Positions 1-19,530 of a stretch of 64,000 nucleotides of DNA are shown one piece after another. Numbering within the stretch: position 1 is the stretch's first letter; every line of letters starts with the position of its first letter. Source of the DNA: the human T2T-CHM13v2.0 reference genome, Homo sapiens. The translations under genes and the position numbers were made by a program. The notes below the pieces were generated by a model that did no database searches, was not told the origin of the DNA, and saw only the letters and a list, made by a program, of their open reading frames with translations. The stretch is from assembly GCF_009914755.1 (NCBI RefSeq), contig NC_060929.1; one strand, written 5' to 3'.

Positions 1-4067
<4,067 letters not shown>

Positions 4068-4876
4068 TAAGTCATGATGGTGTTGTATAGCACAGGACTA
4101 TTATGGATTTGTTAAGGTATCATGCCTAAAGGGGAGATGGAATAGAAGAAGGCAGGGGGAACTGTGCAGTAAATCCAAGTGGAGTTTAGTAATTTCAGAC
4201 TCTTTTCACATAGCTTGTCCCATTGATTAGGTATAAAGATCAATTTCCATCAAAACACAATCATCTCATTACCAGTAATTAAAAAGTCAAGATTCTATTT
4301 TGATACTGAGTAAATATAAAATACTTGTGATTAATGCAAACTTGGATGACACAGATAAATTTACATCAGATGACACTTGCTAAGCATGAGACCAAATACT
4401 GATCTTATATAAAATGTAATACATTTAGAGAGAAGTTCCTATGTATTATACTTACTAATACGTTTAATTCCATATTTTACAAGAAGTCACATTACTTTTG
4501 AGAAATAAAACTGTGTATTATGTATACTTCCAATCATACTTTAATTTCATACAACTGAAACTGTATTAGTATATTTATCTTCATTTTTCAATAATAAAAA
4601 AGTATGTAAAATAAGAAATTATTCTGATAACCCAATAAATCTGAATTGGGAAATATAAGGAGAAAATACTCATGCAATCTATGCCTATAGCTTTCTACTT
4701 CTCCTATTCTAAGATTTATCAAAGTTCATAAACATAATTGTTTATCTGTCTCTCCAGCTTCAATGCAAGCTCTAGGAAGATAAGGACTAATTGCTATTAT
4801 ATCTCCACAGTCCACTGGATGATGTTCAAAACTAATTATAAATGAATGAATAAATACATGACATCAATGATCTTAC

Positions 4877-5011
4877 CTGGTACTTAAGACACTGGTCTTT
4901 TATATCAGAAGATGAAGTCACAGAACTATCTAAAGAGGAAGAACTGTCTCCTCCAGGTTTCAGTTGGCAGCATTTCCCAAAGACTTTAACTTGAGCATCA
5001 CTGCAGAGTTT
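4877..5011 (-). CDS. FNIP1: FNIP1 coding exon 3 (135 nt, phase 0/0, residues 74-118)
   Basis: Acceptor ttatttcag|AAA CTC TGC...; 45 codons [45 protein letters not shown]; donor CAG|gtaaga; in frame with exon 2. Confidence 0.97.
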
Positions 5012-5344
5012 CTGAAATAACAGATATTTCCACTCATGTTTTAACAGATTTTTAACCATATACAAATTTCATCAAAGTATAAAAACCTTTGGAAAAACCA
5101 AGAATGAAATAACTCAAAATACAACATTAATATGGCTATTGGCATTTTGCTGTATTTTCTCCAGTACTATTTTCTATTCTTTGTCTCATAACTATAATAA
5201 AATTTGTGGGGTTTGTATTTCTGGCCAACATTATTATATCCTGAGAATTTTCTAGATTACCACGGCCTATACGATGTTCATTAATACCGATGTAATAATA
5301 TATTGCAGTAGTTTTCAAATTATTTGGTCTCAAAACCCCTTTAT

Positions 5345-5656
<312 letters not shown>

Positions 5657-6361
5657 TTAATGTTCTTACAAGTTATCGAGGATCCCAAGAGTCTTTTGTG
5701 TACATGGGTTATATTTATCAATATTTTCCCATATTAGAAATCAAAACTGAGACCATGTAAAAAATACTTATTCATTCATTTAAATACAACAATAAACCCA
5801 AGTTAATGTAAGTAACACTGTTATAAAAAATAACCTATTTTTCTGGGGAGAAATGCAGGGATGAAAGGAGAAATGCAAATGAGACTTTCAGATTTAACTA
5901 TACATATGTTTATTCTTTCGAAATGAGAATATACTAATGTAATAAATAAAATTTTAATGAGAGAATGAACTTAGGACCAGATGGTTGTGCAGTCTAGTGT
6001 AGAAGAAAAATGTATTTCTTTTTAATTCCTCTTTCTCTTTTTCCTCCCCAACAGCTTCTCTACATCTTTCACTGCTCACAACTACCAAAGTTACAATCCA
6101 CCAACATCTGTGATATTCCTAAAAGTATTCCAGTGCTTTATCACAGTTACCAGTATGTCCATTCTTTCATTTAACAAACCTCAGGTAGGTTTTTAGAACA
6201 AATAATCTGACTAAAGTCACATTTACTGAAGACTGAATGTTTTCTAGTTACCAACATCACCAAAGGCATTGTTAAAAATTACATGTACTAGTCTCCAGTT
6301 ATCTCTAACCAAAAATTTAAAGTAAAAAGAATAAAAGCTTTAGAACTAGATATGAGTTCAA

Positions 6362-8382
<2,021 letters not shown>

Positions 8383-9428
8383 CATGTCTACATCACCAAA
8401 AGCAATGGCAACAAAAGCCAAAATTGACAAATGGGATCTAATTAAACTAAAGAGATTTGGCACAGCAAAAGAAACTACCATCAGAGTGAACAGGCAACCT
8501 ACAGAATGGGAGAAAATTTTTGCAACCTACTCATCTGACAAAGGGCTAATATCCAGAATCTACAAAGAACTCAAACAAATTTACAAGAAAAAAAACAAAC
8601 AACCCCATCAAAAAGTAGGCGAAGGATATGAACAGACACCTCTCAAAAGAAGACATTTATGCAGCCAACAGACACATGAAAAAATGCTCATCATCACTGG
8701 CCATCAGAGAGATGCAAATCAAAACCACAATGAGATATCTCACACCAGTTAGAATGGCGATCATTAAAAAGTCAGGAAACAACAAGGGCTGGAGAGGATG
8801 TGGAGAAATAGGAATGCTTTTACACTGTTGGTGGGACTGTAAACTAGTTCAACCATTGTGGAAGACAGTGTGGCGATTTCTCAGGGATCTACAACTAGAA
8901 ATACCATTTGACCTAGCAATCCCATTACTGGGTATATACCCAAAGGAATATAAATCATGCTGCTATAAAGACACATGCACACGTATGTTTATTGCAGCAC
9001 TACTCACAATAGCAAAGACTTGGAACCAACCCAAATGTCCAACAATGATAGACTGGATTAAGAAAATGTGGCACATATACACCATGGAATACTATGCAGC
9101 CATAAAAAAGGATGAGTTCATGTCCTTTGTAGGGACACGGATGAAGCTGGAAACCATCATTCTCAGCAAACTATCGCAAGGACAAAAAACCAAACACTGC
9201 ATGTTCTCACTCATAGGTAGGAATTGAACAATGAGAACACTTGGACACACGAAGGGGAACATCACACACCAGGGCCTGCTGTGGGGTCGGGGGAGCGGGG
9301 AGGAACAGCATTAGGAGATATACCTCATGTAAATGACGAGTTAATGGGTGCAGCACACCAACATGGGACATGTATACATATGTAACAAACCTGCACATTG
9401 TGCACATGTACCCTAGAACTTAAAGTAT
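8383..9428 (+). mobile_element. L1PA5-like, 3' segment (ORF2 C-terminus and 3'UTR)
   Basis: ORF 8628-9227 carries the ORF2 C-terminal Cys-rich region. The 3'UTR reads ...gtaaatgacgagttaatgggtgcagc...ccctagaacttaaagta. TSD at 6342-6361 / 9678-9697. Confidence 0.93.
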
Positions 9429-9673
9429 TTTATATATATATTTTTATATATATACACACATACGTATATATGTATATATACGTATAAAATATGTATATAT
9501 ACGTATATACATATATACGTATTTATATACATGTATATAGATATACACATATTTATATATGTATACATATACACGTATTTATATATGTATACATATACAC
9601 ATATTTATATATGTATACGTATATACGTATATATGCACATATATATGTATATATACGTATAAAATATGTATAT
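9429..9673. repeat. Complex (TA)n/(TATATACAC/TATACG) microsatellite in place of the L1 poly(A) tail
   Basis: Seen directly between the L1 3' end and the downstream TSD. Confidence 0.95.
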
Positions 9674-9794
9674 TAGAAGAACTAGATGTGAGTTCAAAAC
9701 CTGTATCCTTGAGCAAGTTAACTGACCTCTCTATACCTTAATTTGTTATTTGTTTAAGGGGAAGAAAAACCCTACCTAACAACACTTAAGGGAA

Positions 9795-9817
9795 TGTGTG
9801 TGTGTGTGTGTGTGTGT
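9795..9817. repeat. (TG)n microsatellite
   Basis: About 11 TG units. Confidence 0.9.
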
Positions 9818-9884
9818 ATTTTATATACACACATGTATAATACATATTATATATAATAGTTATAATATCCTAGCTATCTCCACA

Positions 9885-10062
9885 GAGCTGGGACTACAGG
9901 CGTATGCCACCACATCCAGCTAATTTTACTTTTTGTAGAGATGAGGTCTCATTATGTTGCCTAGGCTGGTGTCAAACTCCTGGGCTAAAGTAATCCTCCC
10001 ACCTTGGCCTCCCAAAGTAATCCCTGGCTGGGATTACAGGTGTGAGCCACTGCATTCAACCT
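9885..10062 (-). mobile_element. AluJ fragment
   Basis: gctgggactacagg...ctcccaaagt...gtgagccactgc. Confidence 0.8.
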
Positions 10063-10259
10063 CGTTATAATTGTTATTAGAAAACAGTTAACATGAGGGG
10101 CTAACATAATTGAAGTCAGGCACTTCACTAGGTATTTCCATGTATGTTTCAACTCTTGATAAAAATACGGGTATTTTTACTATTGGCATCCTTCGCCACA
10201 TCTTAATAACCTTATTACTTATTGATCACCAACAAAATGCCAGGCCTTAATGTACATTT

Positions 10260-10400
10260 TCTCTAATACTAAGCATGGTAGGTATTATCGATGCTATTTT
10301 ACAGATGAGAAACGTGAAGCTCAAACAGGTTAAATAACTTCACCAAGGTTACAAGAGCTAGTAAATCTGTTATCTACTTATAGACAAAACCCAGTTGGCT
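10260..10400 (-). mobile_element. MIR fragment
   Basis: MIR core: attttacagatgagaaacgtgaagctcaaacaggttaaataacttcaccaaggttaca. Confidence 0.75.
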
Positions 10401-10471
10401 TGACTTATCCACTATCACGAACCACCATTTCATCAGTCAACAAAAGTATTTAAGTACTACGCGTTCTAAGC

Positions 10472-10653
10472 CAGAGGGTGGCTGCAGACCAGTACCAGTC
10501 CATGGCCTGTTAGGAACCAGGCCACATGGCAAGAGGTGAGCAGTGGGCAAGTGAGCATTACCGCCTGCACTCCACCTCCTGTCACATCAGCCTCAGCATT
10601 AGATCCTCATAGGAGTTCGAATCCTATTGTGAACTGTGCATGGGAGAGATCTA
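10472..10653 (+). mobile_element. MER1B (hAT-Charlie), 5' half
   Basis: gaccagtaccagtccatggcctgttaggaaccaggcc...cctattgtgaactgtgcatg matches the MER1 consensus and stops abruptly. Confidence 0.85.
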
Positions 10654-10970
10654 TCTCTAAAGAGATACAACAAATAAATGCAATGCAAGATTCTCAACTG
10701 GATTCTTTTGTTCTGTAGGATGTTATTTTGACAACTTGCCAAGTTTTAATGGGATCTGAGGATTATTTGGCTATAATATATCAATGATTTCCTGAATTTT
10801 TGCTGTATTGTGGTTACGTAGAAGAATGTTCATATTTTTAGGAAATACACATTGACGTATTCAAAGCTGATGGGATATCAAGTAGGCAGTTTACTCTTAT
10901 TCGGTTCAGAAAAGCGAAAGTTCTTTGTATTGAACTTGCAACTTATTTGTGATTGTTTCAAAAAGTTAAT
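10654..10970 (+). mobile_element. Old L1M (L1MC/ME-type) 3'UTR fragment
   Basis: gagatacaacaaataaatgcaatgc...aatgatttcctgaattttt...tgtattgtggttacg resembles L1MC/ME 3' ends. Confidence 0.65.
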
Positions 10971-11873
10971 AAAAATTATAACCTAGTTATAGAAAGCCAG
11001 TTGTATTTTTCAGTAATATTTATAACTTTTTTTGCATAATTCGAAGGTATTTGTTTTTGTGGGCTAGACATAAAGTACAGCATCACTTCTCTGAGATAAC
11101 AAAGTAAAATAATAAGAAATTGAACCCTTTTTCCTACAATTCCTGCTTATAGAAGTCCTGTGCTTACATGAGGGATTGTTGTTGACTGCACCTTGTCCCC
11201 TCATTACAGGACCATCTGCCACTGTAGTTGCTGCTGTTTGCTTTCAGAAAAGTCACGACTTCAAGATGGGAGGGAGTAGAGAAACAACAGCTGAGGAGCT
11301 GATGGGAGAATAGTATGTGTGTGTATGTGCATCCTTTTGTACACACTTTTAGGTGTGTTTTTATGCTTTAGTCCTGGAACTGAAGTATGTCCCTTTTCTT
11401 CCTCTAGCAAACTTTTGTTTCAGAGATTGGACATACAGGGTTACCTCAGCCTGGAATGTCTTTCCAGCTCTCTCAAGTGCTTCCTCTTTCACCTTAACTC
11501 TTAACGCATTTTTCCCCCATAGTCTAAGCTTAAAATATCACTTTCTTGATCTCCCTAGACTAAATGAAGTCCTTTCATGGCAATTCACTTAAACATTGTC
11601 ATCCTTTAACCTCTTTATCTATAAATCGGAATAATAATGGTAGTACTCTTCTGTTTTACATATATTTACTCTTTACATGTAAAGATAGTAAGTGCTAACG
11701 TGAGTTAGCTGCTGCTATCATTATTACTTTTATTAGACATACTTGGAATACACATTTCATTACACATATTTGTGTAATTATCTGTTAACTGTCTCTTTCT
11801 CCTGTTAGATTCTTAGTTCCATGAGGAAAAGGACTATGTCTTCTTTTATTCACCTGTATTCCCTAGTGCTTAA

Positions 11874-12004
11874 CAGCGGTTGCCAACCTTTTTGGCACCA
11901 GGCACCAGTTTCGTGCAAGACAATTTTTCTGCAGACTGGGGCAGGGTAGTGGGGATATGGTTTCAGGATGAAACTGTTCCACCTCAGATCAGCAGACATT
12001 AGTT
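11874..12004 (-). mobile_element. MER1B 3' half, opposite orientation to the 5' half
   Basis: cagcggttgccaacctttttggcaccagg...aaactgttccacctcagatcagcagacattag is the reverse complement of the MER1B 3' end with its TIR. Confidence 0.85.
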
Positions 12005-12496
12005 TTTGTCATTAGAAAAGGAAAGACCTGAAATCTCAGTATAGGTTTTTTTGCTTTTCTTTTTTTTAAGAGTTGAGTTCTCACCATATTGCCCAGGCTG
12101 GCCTCAAATTCCTGAGCTCAAGCAATCCTCTCACCTCACCATGCCCAGCTTCAGTATAGTTTTGATTTTCATTTTCTTAATTATGGATAAGGGAGAGGAT
12201 CTTATAAACGTATGATTTTATTAAACGTGTCATATCAATTTGTATATCAACGCTCAGCTCTTGTCCTTCACTCAATTATCTACTGAGTGGTTCTTGATTT
12301 CTAGGAACTCTTTATATTAACACTTGGCATTTTAAATTGTCAAAGTGTTTTCTCAGGTTGCCATCTGTCTTTTAACTTTCCTTATGGTGTTGTTTTCTGT
12401 TTTATCATGCAAGTTGAAAAAAAATTGGCTGTCAAATTTGTCAATCTTTTACTTTATGGCTTCTGAATTTTAACTCATAGCTAGAAATATCTTTGC

Positions 12497-13101
12497 TTGA
12501 GACAGAGTCTCACTCTGTTGCCCAGGCTGGAGTGCAGTGGCATGACTGCAATCTTGGCTCACTGTAGCCACCGCCTCCTGGGATCAAGCAATTCTCGTGT
12601 CTCAGCCTCCCTAGTAGATGAAACTACAGGCACGTGCCACCACACCCGGCTAATTTTTGTACTTTTTTTTTTAGTAGAGACGGGGTTTCACCACGTTGGC
12701 CAGGCTGGTCTTGAACTCCCGACCTCATGTGATCCACCCTCCTCAGCCTTTCAGCCTCCCAAAGTGTGGGATTACAGGCATGAGCCACTGCATCCGGCCT
12801 TTTTTTTTTTTTTGGCCAGCGGGGAGAGGGTCTTGCTTTGTCACTTAGGGTAGAGTGCAGTGGCGTGATCCTGGCTCATTGCAACCTCCACTTCCTGGGC
12901 TCAAGTGATTCTTCTGCCTCAGTCTCCCAGTAGCTGGGACTACAGACACTCAGCACCACACCCAGCTAATTTTTATGTTTTCTGTAGAGACGGGGTCTTC
13001 CTATGTTGGCCAGACTGGTCTCAAACACCTGGCCTCAAGTAATTCACCCATGTTGACCTCCCAAAGTGCTGGGTTTACAGGCGTGAGCCACTGCACCCAG
13101 C
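12497..13101 (-). mobile_element. Two tandem Alus (AluS 12497-12799; AluJ 12800-13101) inside an old minus-strand L1M
   Basis: Two consecutive dimers joined by a T-tract. Confidence 0.88.
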
Positions 13102-13518
13102 CTAGAGATACCTTTTCCACTCCACAGATATATAGGAACTCCCTCATTTTTTCTTTTGTAATGTTATAGTTTTATATTTTTATATTTAAATGTTTGATAT
13201 ACTTGGTTTCATCCTGATGTACACTGTAAGATATGAATCCAAATTAAGGCTGGGCACAGTGACTCATGCTTGAGCCCAAGAGTTTGAGACCAGCCTGGAT
13301 AAAACAGTAAGACGCCATCTTTAAAATAATAATAATAGTAAGTAGTAACAGTATGAGTCTAAATTAATCTTTCTTCCACATGGCTAATTGTCTCAACACC
13401 ATTTAAGATGATGCCTTAATCATATACCAAAATTCCTGAACGTATTTGGATGTATTTCTGATCCTCTATTTTGTTCCATTAGTCTATTGCCTATTTATGT
13501 GTCAATAACACACTGTTT

Positions 13519-13859
<341 letters not shown>

Positions 13860-14656
13860 TCAAATGTGATAGGACTGGCTCATCCTCACTGCCCTTCTTT
13901 TTCAGTTTTCCAACCAATCATTGCTAATTTTTTTCCATTTGAACTTTAGAATCCACTATTTAGTTCCAGACACTACCCCCACCCCAAACACACAAAAATA
14001 AGGATAACATTGTTTCTGTGATAGCATTATTTTACAAAGCACTTTGGACAACTTTATAACATTGACTACTGCCATGGAATATGTTTAGCCTTTCCATTTG
14101 TTAAGGTACGTTTTTACGTCCCTTAAGAAGACTTTTAAAGTTCTAAACTTACAGATTTTGTTAAGTGTATGCATAGGCAACTTTGTCATTTTAATTTCTA
14201 TTTTAAATGAATGTTTCACTTTTATGTGTTCAAACTGGAAGCTATTTGCATATATTGAGCTTACTGATTTCTGTATATTAACCTAAATCCAATTATCTAA
14301 CCAAATCCTATGTGCAAATGTGATATCATAAATAAGACTCAACTATTCAATTAGCACTGTACGATGCTTCGGAGTGTTTCTCATGTCTTAAAATCTGTAA
14401 TCATCTTTCCAAAGTTATGTGAATTTACTGATGTACAACTTTATCCTTGTTTAGAATCAGTGAAAGCTGATACATGTGAATGGTCATATAACTTAACTGG
14501 GAACTCATGAAATAGCATTGCACTGTTGTTGACATAAAAACAATGTCTAGGATAAGGATAATAGTGTGATAAAATCAGAATGGATCCATTTGGCTATGTT
14601 AGTGTTCATATCGAAACCATATCTCAATATATTTTTCTACCACGGGAAGGTTCTTC

Positions 14657-15205
14657 TGTCAGAGATGTTGAACCAGAGCAACTCCATCTTGAATAGGGGC
14701 TGGGTAAAATAAGGCTCAGACCGACTGGGCTGCATTCCCAGATGGTTAAAGCATTCTAAGTCACAGGAGGAGATAGGAGGTTGGCACAAGACATAAGTCA
14801 TAAAAACCTTGATGATGAAAAAGCCTGCAGTAAAGAAGCTGGCTAAAATGCACCAAAACCAAGATGGCGACAAGAGTGACCTCTGGTCATCCTCACTACT
14901 ACACTCCCACCAGCTCCATGACAGTTTACAAATGCCACTGGCAACATCAGTAAATTACAGTATATGGTGTAAAAAATGGGAGGCATGAATAATCCACCCC
15001 TTGTTTAGCATACAATCAAGAAATAACCATAAAAACCCACAATCAGCAGGCCTCGGGGCTGGTCTGCCTATGGAGTTGCCATTCTTTATTCCTTTACTTT
15101 CTTAATAAACTTGCTTTCACTTTACGGATTTGCCCTGAATTCTTTCTTGCTCAAGATCCAAGAACCCTCTCTTGGGGTCTGGATCCAGACCCCTTTCCGG
15201 TAACA
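14657..15205 (+). mobile_element. MER41A-like solo LTR (ERV1)
   Basis: TG...CA ends; tgtcagagatgttgaaccagagcaactccatcttgaataggggctgg; AATAAA near 15104; 4-bp TSD CTTC on both sides. Confidence 0.88.
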
Positions 15206-16168
15206 CTTCTTTAAGATCACTACACATATTCACTTTAATTGGGTTTTATAATTCAACAGTCATTTTTCATAAAATATATAACAGATCTGAAAAAATGAGT
15301 TCTGAGGAAGCTATACACTGATTAACAATTTTATTTCAACTTACATAAGACACTATTTGAGCATGCAAAGTACTTTGGTTTCTGAAGCATAATCAAAGCA
15401 TTTATGTAGTTCACTTTGTATAGAATTTAAAATGTAATAAAATACATAGCTTCCTAATTTTCTCCCAAAACCCATTAAATATACTCTACATACACAATGT
15501 TTGCTTTGCATGGAAATACAAAAATGATCTGCTTATATTAATAAACTGCTGTTATATTCTTCATTGACAATTCTTTGGTTCAACCAAACGCAGAAATGGA
15601 TCAATATTCCACTGTGAAATATTGCCTTCTCTCACACTCCAGATAAAAGGTACTCAAAGTGAATTATGATCATCTATAATCTTTACAAGGAAAACTGCCA
15701 TGTGTCTTACACATTTAAAAGGACTCCAGTAAGTATTTTTACAATGACTATTTTTTAACGCTGAAATAGCTTCACAGTAAACAATCAATAGGATTTTGAT
15801 TTAATTAAATACACTCAAACATATTGAGTGAGCCCAAATATTACTATCTTCTACTCCTACTTGGCAATTTTCAAATGATATTTTTCAAAAATTCAGATTC
15901 AGGCTGATAACAAACTGTCCCAAGTAGCCTGAAGAGGGAGGACTGCGTGATCCCAGGAATTCAAGTCCAGCCTGGGCAACATAGCAGGACAGATGGACGC
16001 TGTTTCCAAATGAGAAAATGTTTTAATTTCTTTTTTGATAAAGCGAACAGAGTAAAACAATTTTGCAAGGCTCACATTCTAAAGCTTGACTTTCTGTTTA
16101 TAACTCATGGCGACATTATGTTCTAATTTTTTTAAAAAGAATGTTTTCAATAAAAGTTTTGGTAAATA

Positions 16169-16490
16169 GGCCAGGCAAAGTGGCTCCCGCTGGTAATCCC
16201 AGCACTTTATGAGGCCAAAGCAGGCGGTTCGCTTGAGCCCAGAAGTTCGAGACCAGTCTGGCCAACAAGGCGAAACCCCATTTCTACTAAAAATGTAAAA
16301 ATTACCCAGGTGTGGTGGTGCACACCTGTAATCCCAGCTACTCGCAAGGCTGAGGCACGAGAACTGCTTGAGCCTGGAGGCAGAGGTTTCAGTGAGCTGA
16401 GATTGTGCCACTGCACTCCAGCCTGGGCGAGAGAGCGAGACCCTGTCTCAAGAAAACAAACAGACAACAAAAAACCCTGTCTCAAAAAAG
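16169..16490 (+). mobile_element. Alu (S/J) with a duplicated 3' end (accctgtctcaa twice)
   Basis: Full dimer with an A/C-rich tail. Confidence 0.88.
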
Positions 16491-17364
16491 AAAAGGCTTT
16501 GGTATATTAAATGGTCAAAATAATATTTATAGTCCTTATTCTCTCTTGTAAATTGTTTTAAACTAAGAAAAGTGTTTTAAAACTAAGAAAGAAGAACATG
16601 AGAAGTTACTTCAACATTTACCACAGCAAAATAGAATATTGTACAAATACAGCAAAGCTGAATAATTTACTTTCATACAGCAAACTGCTAATGCTTAAAC
16701 ATAATGTCTTTATTATGTATGAACCCAAATTATAATGTAGAAAGTTTAAAAAAATTTACAGCACAATGTCCTTCTTTCCATATATAGAACCGAGGACAAA
16801 CAATGAGTATTTCAATATGTACAGTAGTGTTCAAAAGGAAGACATAAAATCTTCAGGAGAGTATTTACAGGATTTTGAAAATAAACTTCCTAACAGTAAT
16901 TACAATCGATCAAAATGTGTCCTGAGTACTTACCACATGTAAGGCAATGTGCAGTGTAGGAAATAAAGGTGAGTAACAGGACAATTTTTTACTTTAAGGT
17001 TTTTTTCCCAGTCTAGTAACAAATACACATACGAATACAGCTATGATATAGAAGGCTATGAATATGAGTAAAGAATTATGAGAATTCTGATGGAGGAGAA
17101 AATAAATCTACCTAGAGAAAATCAGAAAGGATTCATAAAGTTGTGATAAACTCTGAAGGAGGATAAATTTTCAATTAAGGGAGATAGTATATAGGATAAA
17201 GGCATAATAAAATAAATGAGACTGGAAGTAGTCAACAATGTTTGATTTCTAGACACTGATGAGTTTCTAGAAAAGTTTTATAATAAAAAGAAGAGTAGGT
17301 TTATAGGCAAATTTCAGAAAGTTGAGTAATAACTGGATAGTTTGAGAAGAGAGTCAATGTATTA

Positions 17365-17542
17365 CTACTGAGACACCGAGAGACAGAGAAGACCAAGGAG
17401 AGACCAACAGAGAGACTGAGAAGAGACACTCTAGAGAGCCTGAGTGATAGAGAGACAAAGGGAAAATGAGAGACACCAACAGACACCAAGAAAGATGACT
17501 GAGAGGGACGAAGAGGCCAGGGATGGGAAAAGACAGAGAAGG
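17365..17542. repeat. AG-rich low-complexity tract
   Basis: Repeated gagacagagaagacc-like units. Confidence 0.7.
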
Positions 17543-17545
17543 ACA

Positions 17546-17865
17546 CTGCTATGGACTGAATGTGTGTCTCTCCTCAAAATTCATATGTCGTCCTAACCCA
17601 CCATGCGATATTAGGAGGTGGGGACTTTAGGAGGTGATTAGGTCATAAGAACGAAGTCCTCATGAATGGGGTTGGTGTCCTTATAAAAAGGACTTGAAGA
17701 GTTCTCTTGCCTTCTTTCCACCATGTAAAGGGTAGAGTGAGAAGTCAGCAGTCTGCAACCCAGAAGACAGCCCTCACAAAAAACTCAAATATGCTGGGAG
17801 AAACCAAAGTTTCTTGTTTAAGGCACCCAGTCTACAGTATTTTGTTATAGTAGCCTGAACTAGAC
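17546..17865 (+). mobile_element. MaLR LTR (MLT1A/B-like)
   Basis: tgctatggactgaatgtgtgtctctcctcaaaattcatatg...gtattttgttatagtagcctgaactagaca. Confidence 0.8.
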
Positions 17866-18419
17866 AAACACAAACCTGAAGGAAAAAGTAAAGAAAAATT
17901 ATTTTAGCAGCTTTGTGAATGTTTCCAAGCAAAGAGAAAAGCTGAGAGGGATGAAGGAATACATCGCAGGAGAGAAATTAATGAGACTAATGAAGCATCG
18001 TCCCAGAAAAGGTATGCAGGGAGAGTTCAAAAAACAGCATGAGTGGATTCTTACAGGGCTGTTTAACATAAAAGAGAAAAGCTGAACAAACACAAAATGA
18101 ATAGCATTAATCAAAATTAAGAGTAAGGGAGAGGCATATGTTGAAATTCAATAGGATACTATCAAATACAAAAAAAAAAACTTCAATAAATGTTTGCTGA
18201 AAAAGTAATAAAAAATAATCGAGATAATTAAAAAAAAATCAGCCTCAGCCAAGTTCTGCTGAGCTGTTGTCAGCAGTCTAAATACAAAGAAGTCATGCTT
18301 ATCACATTTGTTAAGTTAGCCTTGGATTTCAACTGTCTGCTTGACTGTCTCCAATTCTATGACTCCTAAGCATCAAACCACTCCTCAGCTATTCAAATCA
18401 AAATGTTAGATTCACCAAA

Positions 18420-18484
18420 CATTTCCTTCTCCCTCAGCCCCAATATCCAGTCATTTCCTTCTCCCTCAGCCCCAATTATCCAGT
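18420..18484. repeat. 32/33-bp tandem duplication
   Basis: catttccttctccctcagccccaat(t)atccagt occurs twice. Confidence 0.95.
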
Positions 18485-18550
18485 TTGATAATACTGGAAT
18501 TATCAAAATGTTCAACATTAAAAGTCAACCAAATCAATAATGATGCTCAC

Positions 18551-18677
18551 CGATACTGATATGTCCTCATTTCTTCTCTTAACACTGGAGTCAAACAAAA
18601 CATTTCTCCCTCGTCTTTCACAGTCTTGATATACAATCAGTCGAATCTGGCTTGGATCAAACTCTGGTAAAGGCCAA
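18551..18677 (-). CDS. FNIP1: FNIP1 coding exon 2 (127 nt, residues ~31-73, start of the N-terminal longin/uDENN region)
   Basis: Acceptor cttttctttcaag|T TGG CCT TTA CCA...; translates (S)[42 protein letters not shown]; donor TCG|gtgagc. Not in the ORF track because it is short. Confidence 0.97.
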
Positions 18678-19171
18678 CTTGAAAGAAAAGTAAGGAAAAG
18701 TAAAGATCCATTAGAGTTACATTAATAAATATTCCATATACATTATTAGAAATAAATCTATATAATAAAGCCCAAAATTATCTTATTGTTAAATAATATA
18801 TATATCTTTATATTAAATATCACCAGTTCATGGCTGAAAACTTTAAAGTAAAAATAAAGGCAAAACAAAATTATCTTTATTTAAAAATAATACTGGTAAC
18901 TATCAGTATATATAAAATATAGTTATCTCGTGATTTTTGAAAGCATTAACTTAATAAATATACATAAGTATATTTAACATAATGAAAATATGTACTGATT
19001 TCATGTCATGGACCAAGATGACATAATAAGGTTAACCCATATTTTTAAGTAGTTTTGTTACTATTTCTCCAATATGGAAATGTGAAAAATGAAATGGTTT
19101 TCAGTTTAAATAATAGCAAAGGACTTACAAGACAAAAAACAAGCCAAAAAAAAAAAAGTGGAGAGCAATCA

Positions 19172-19530
<359 letters not shown>

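Noticed and set aside
4832-5065. 77-aa ORF as a stand-alone gene
   Set aside because: Only 4877-5011 is coding (FNIP1 exon 3). The flanks are intronic read-through past the splice sites.
14440-14640. piggyBac (PGBD-like) motif on the minus strand (HCFYVNNSAMLFHEF)
   Set aside because: The similarity does not extend in any frame.
17365-17542. AG-rich tract as a coding low-complexity exon
   Set aside because: No flanking splice signals and it does not match FNIP1.
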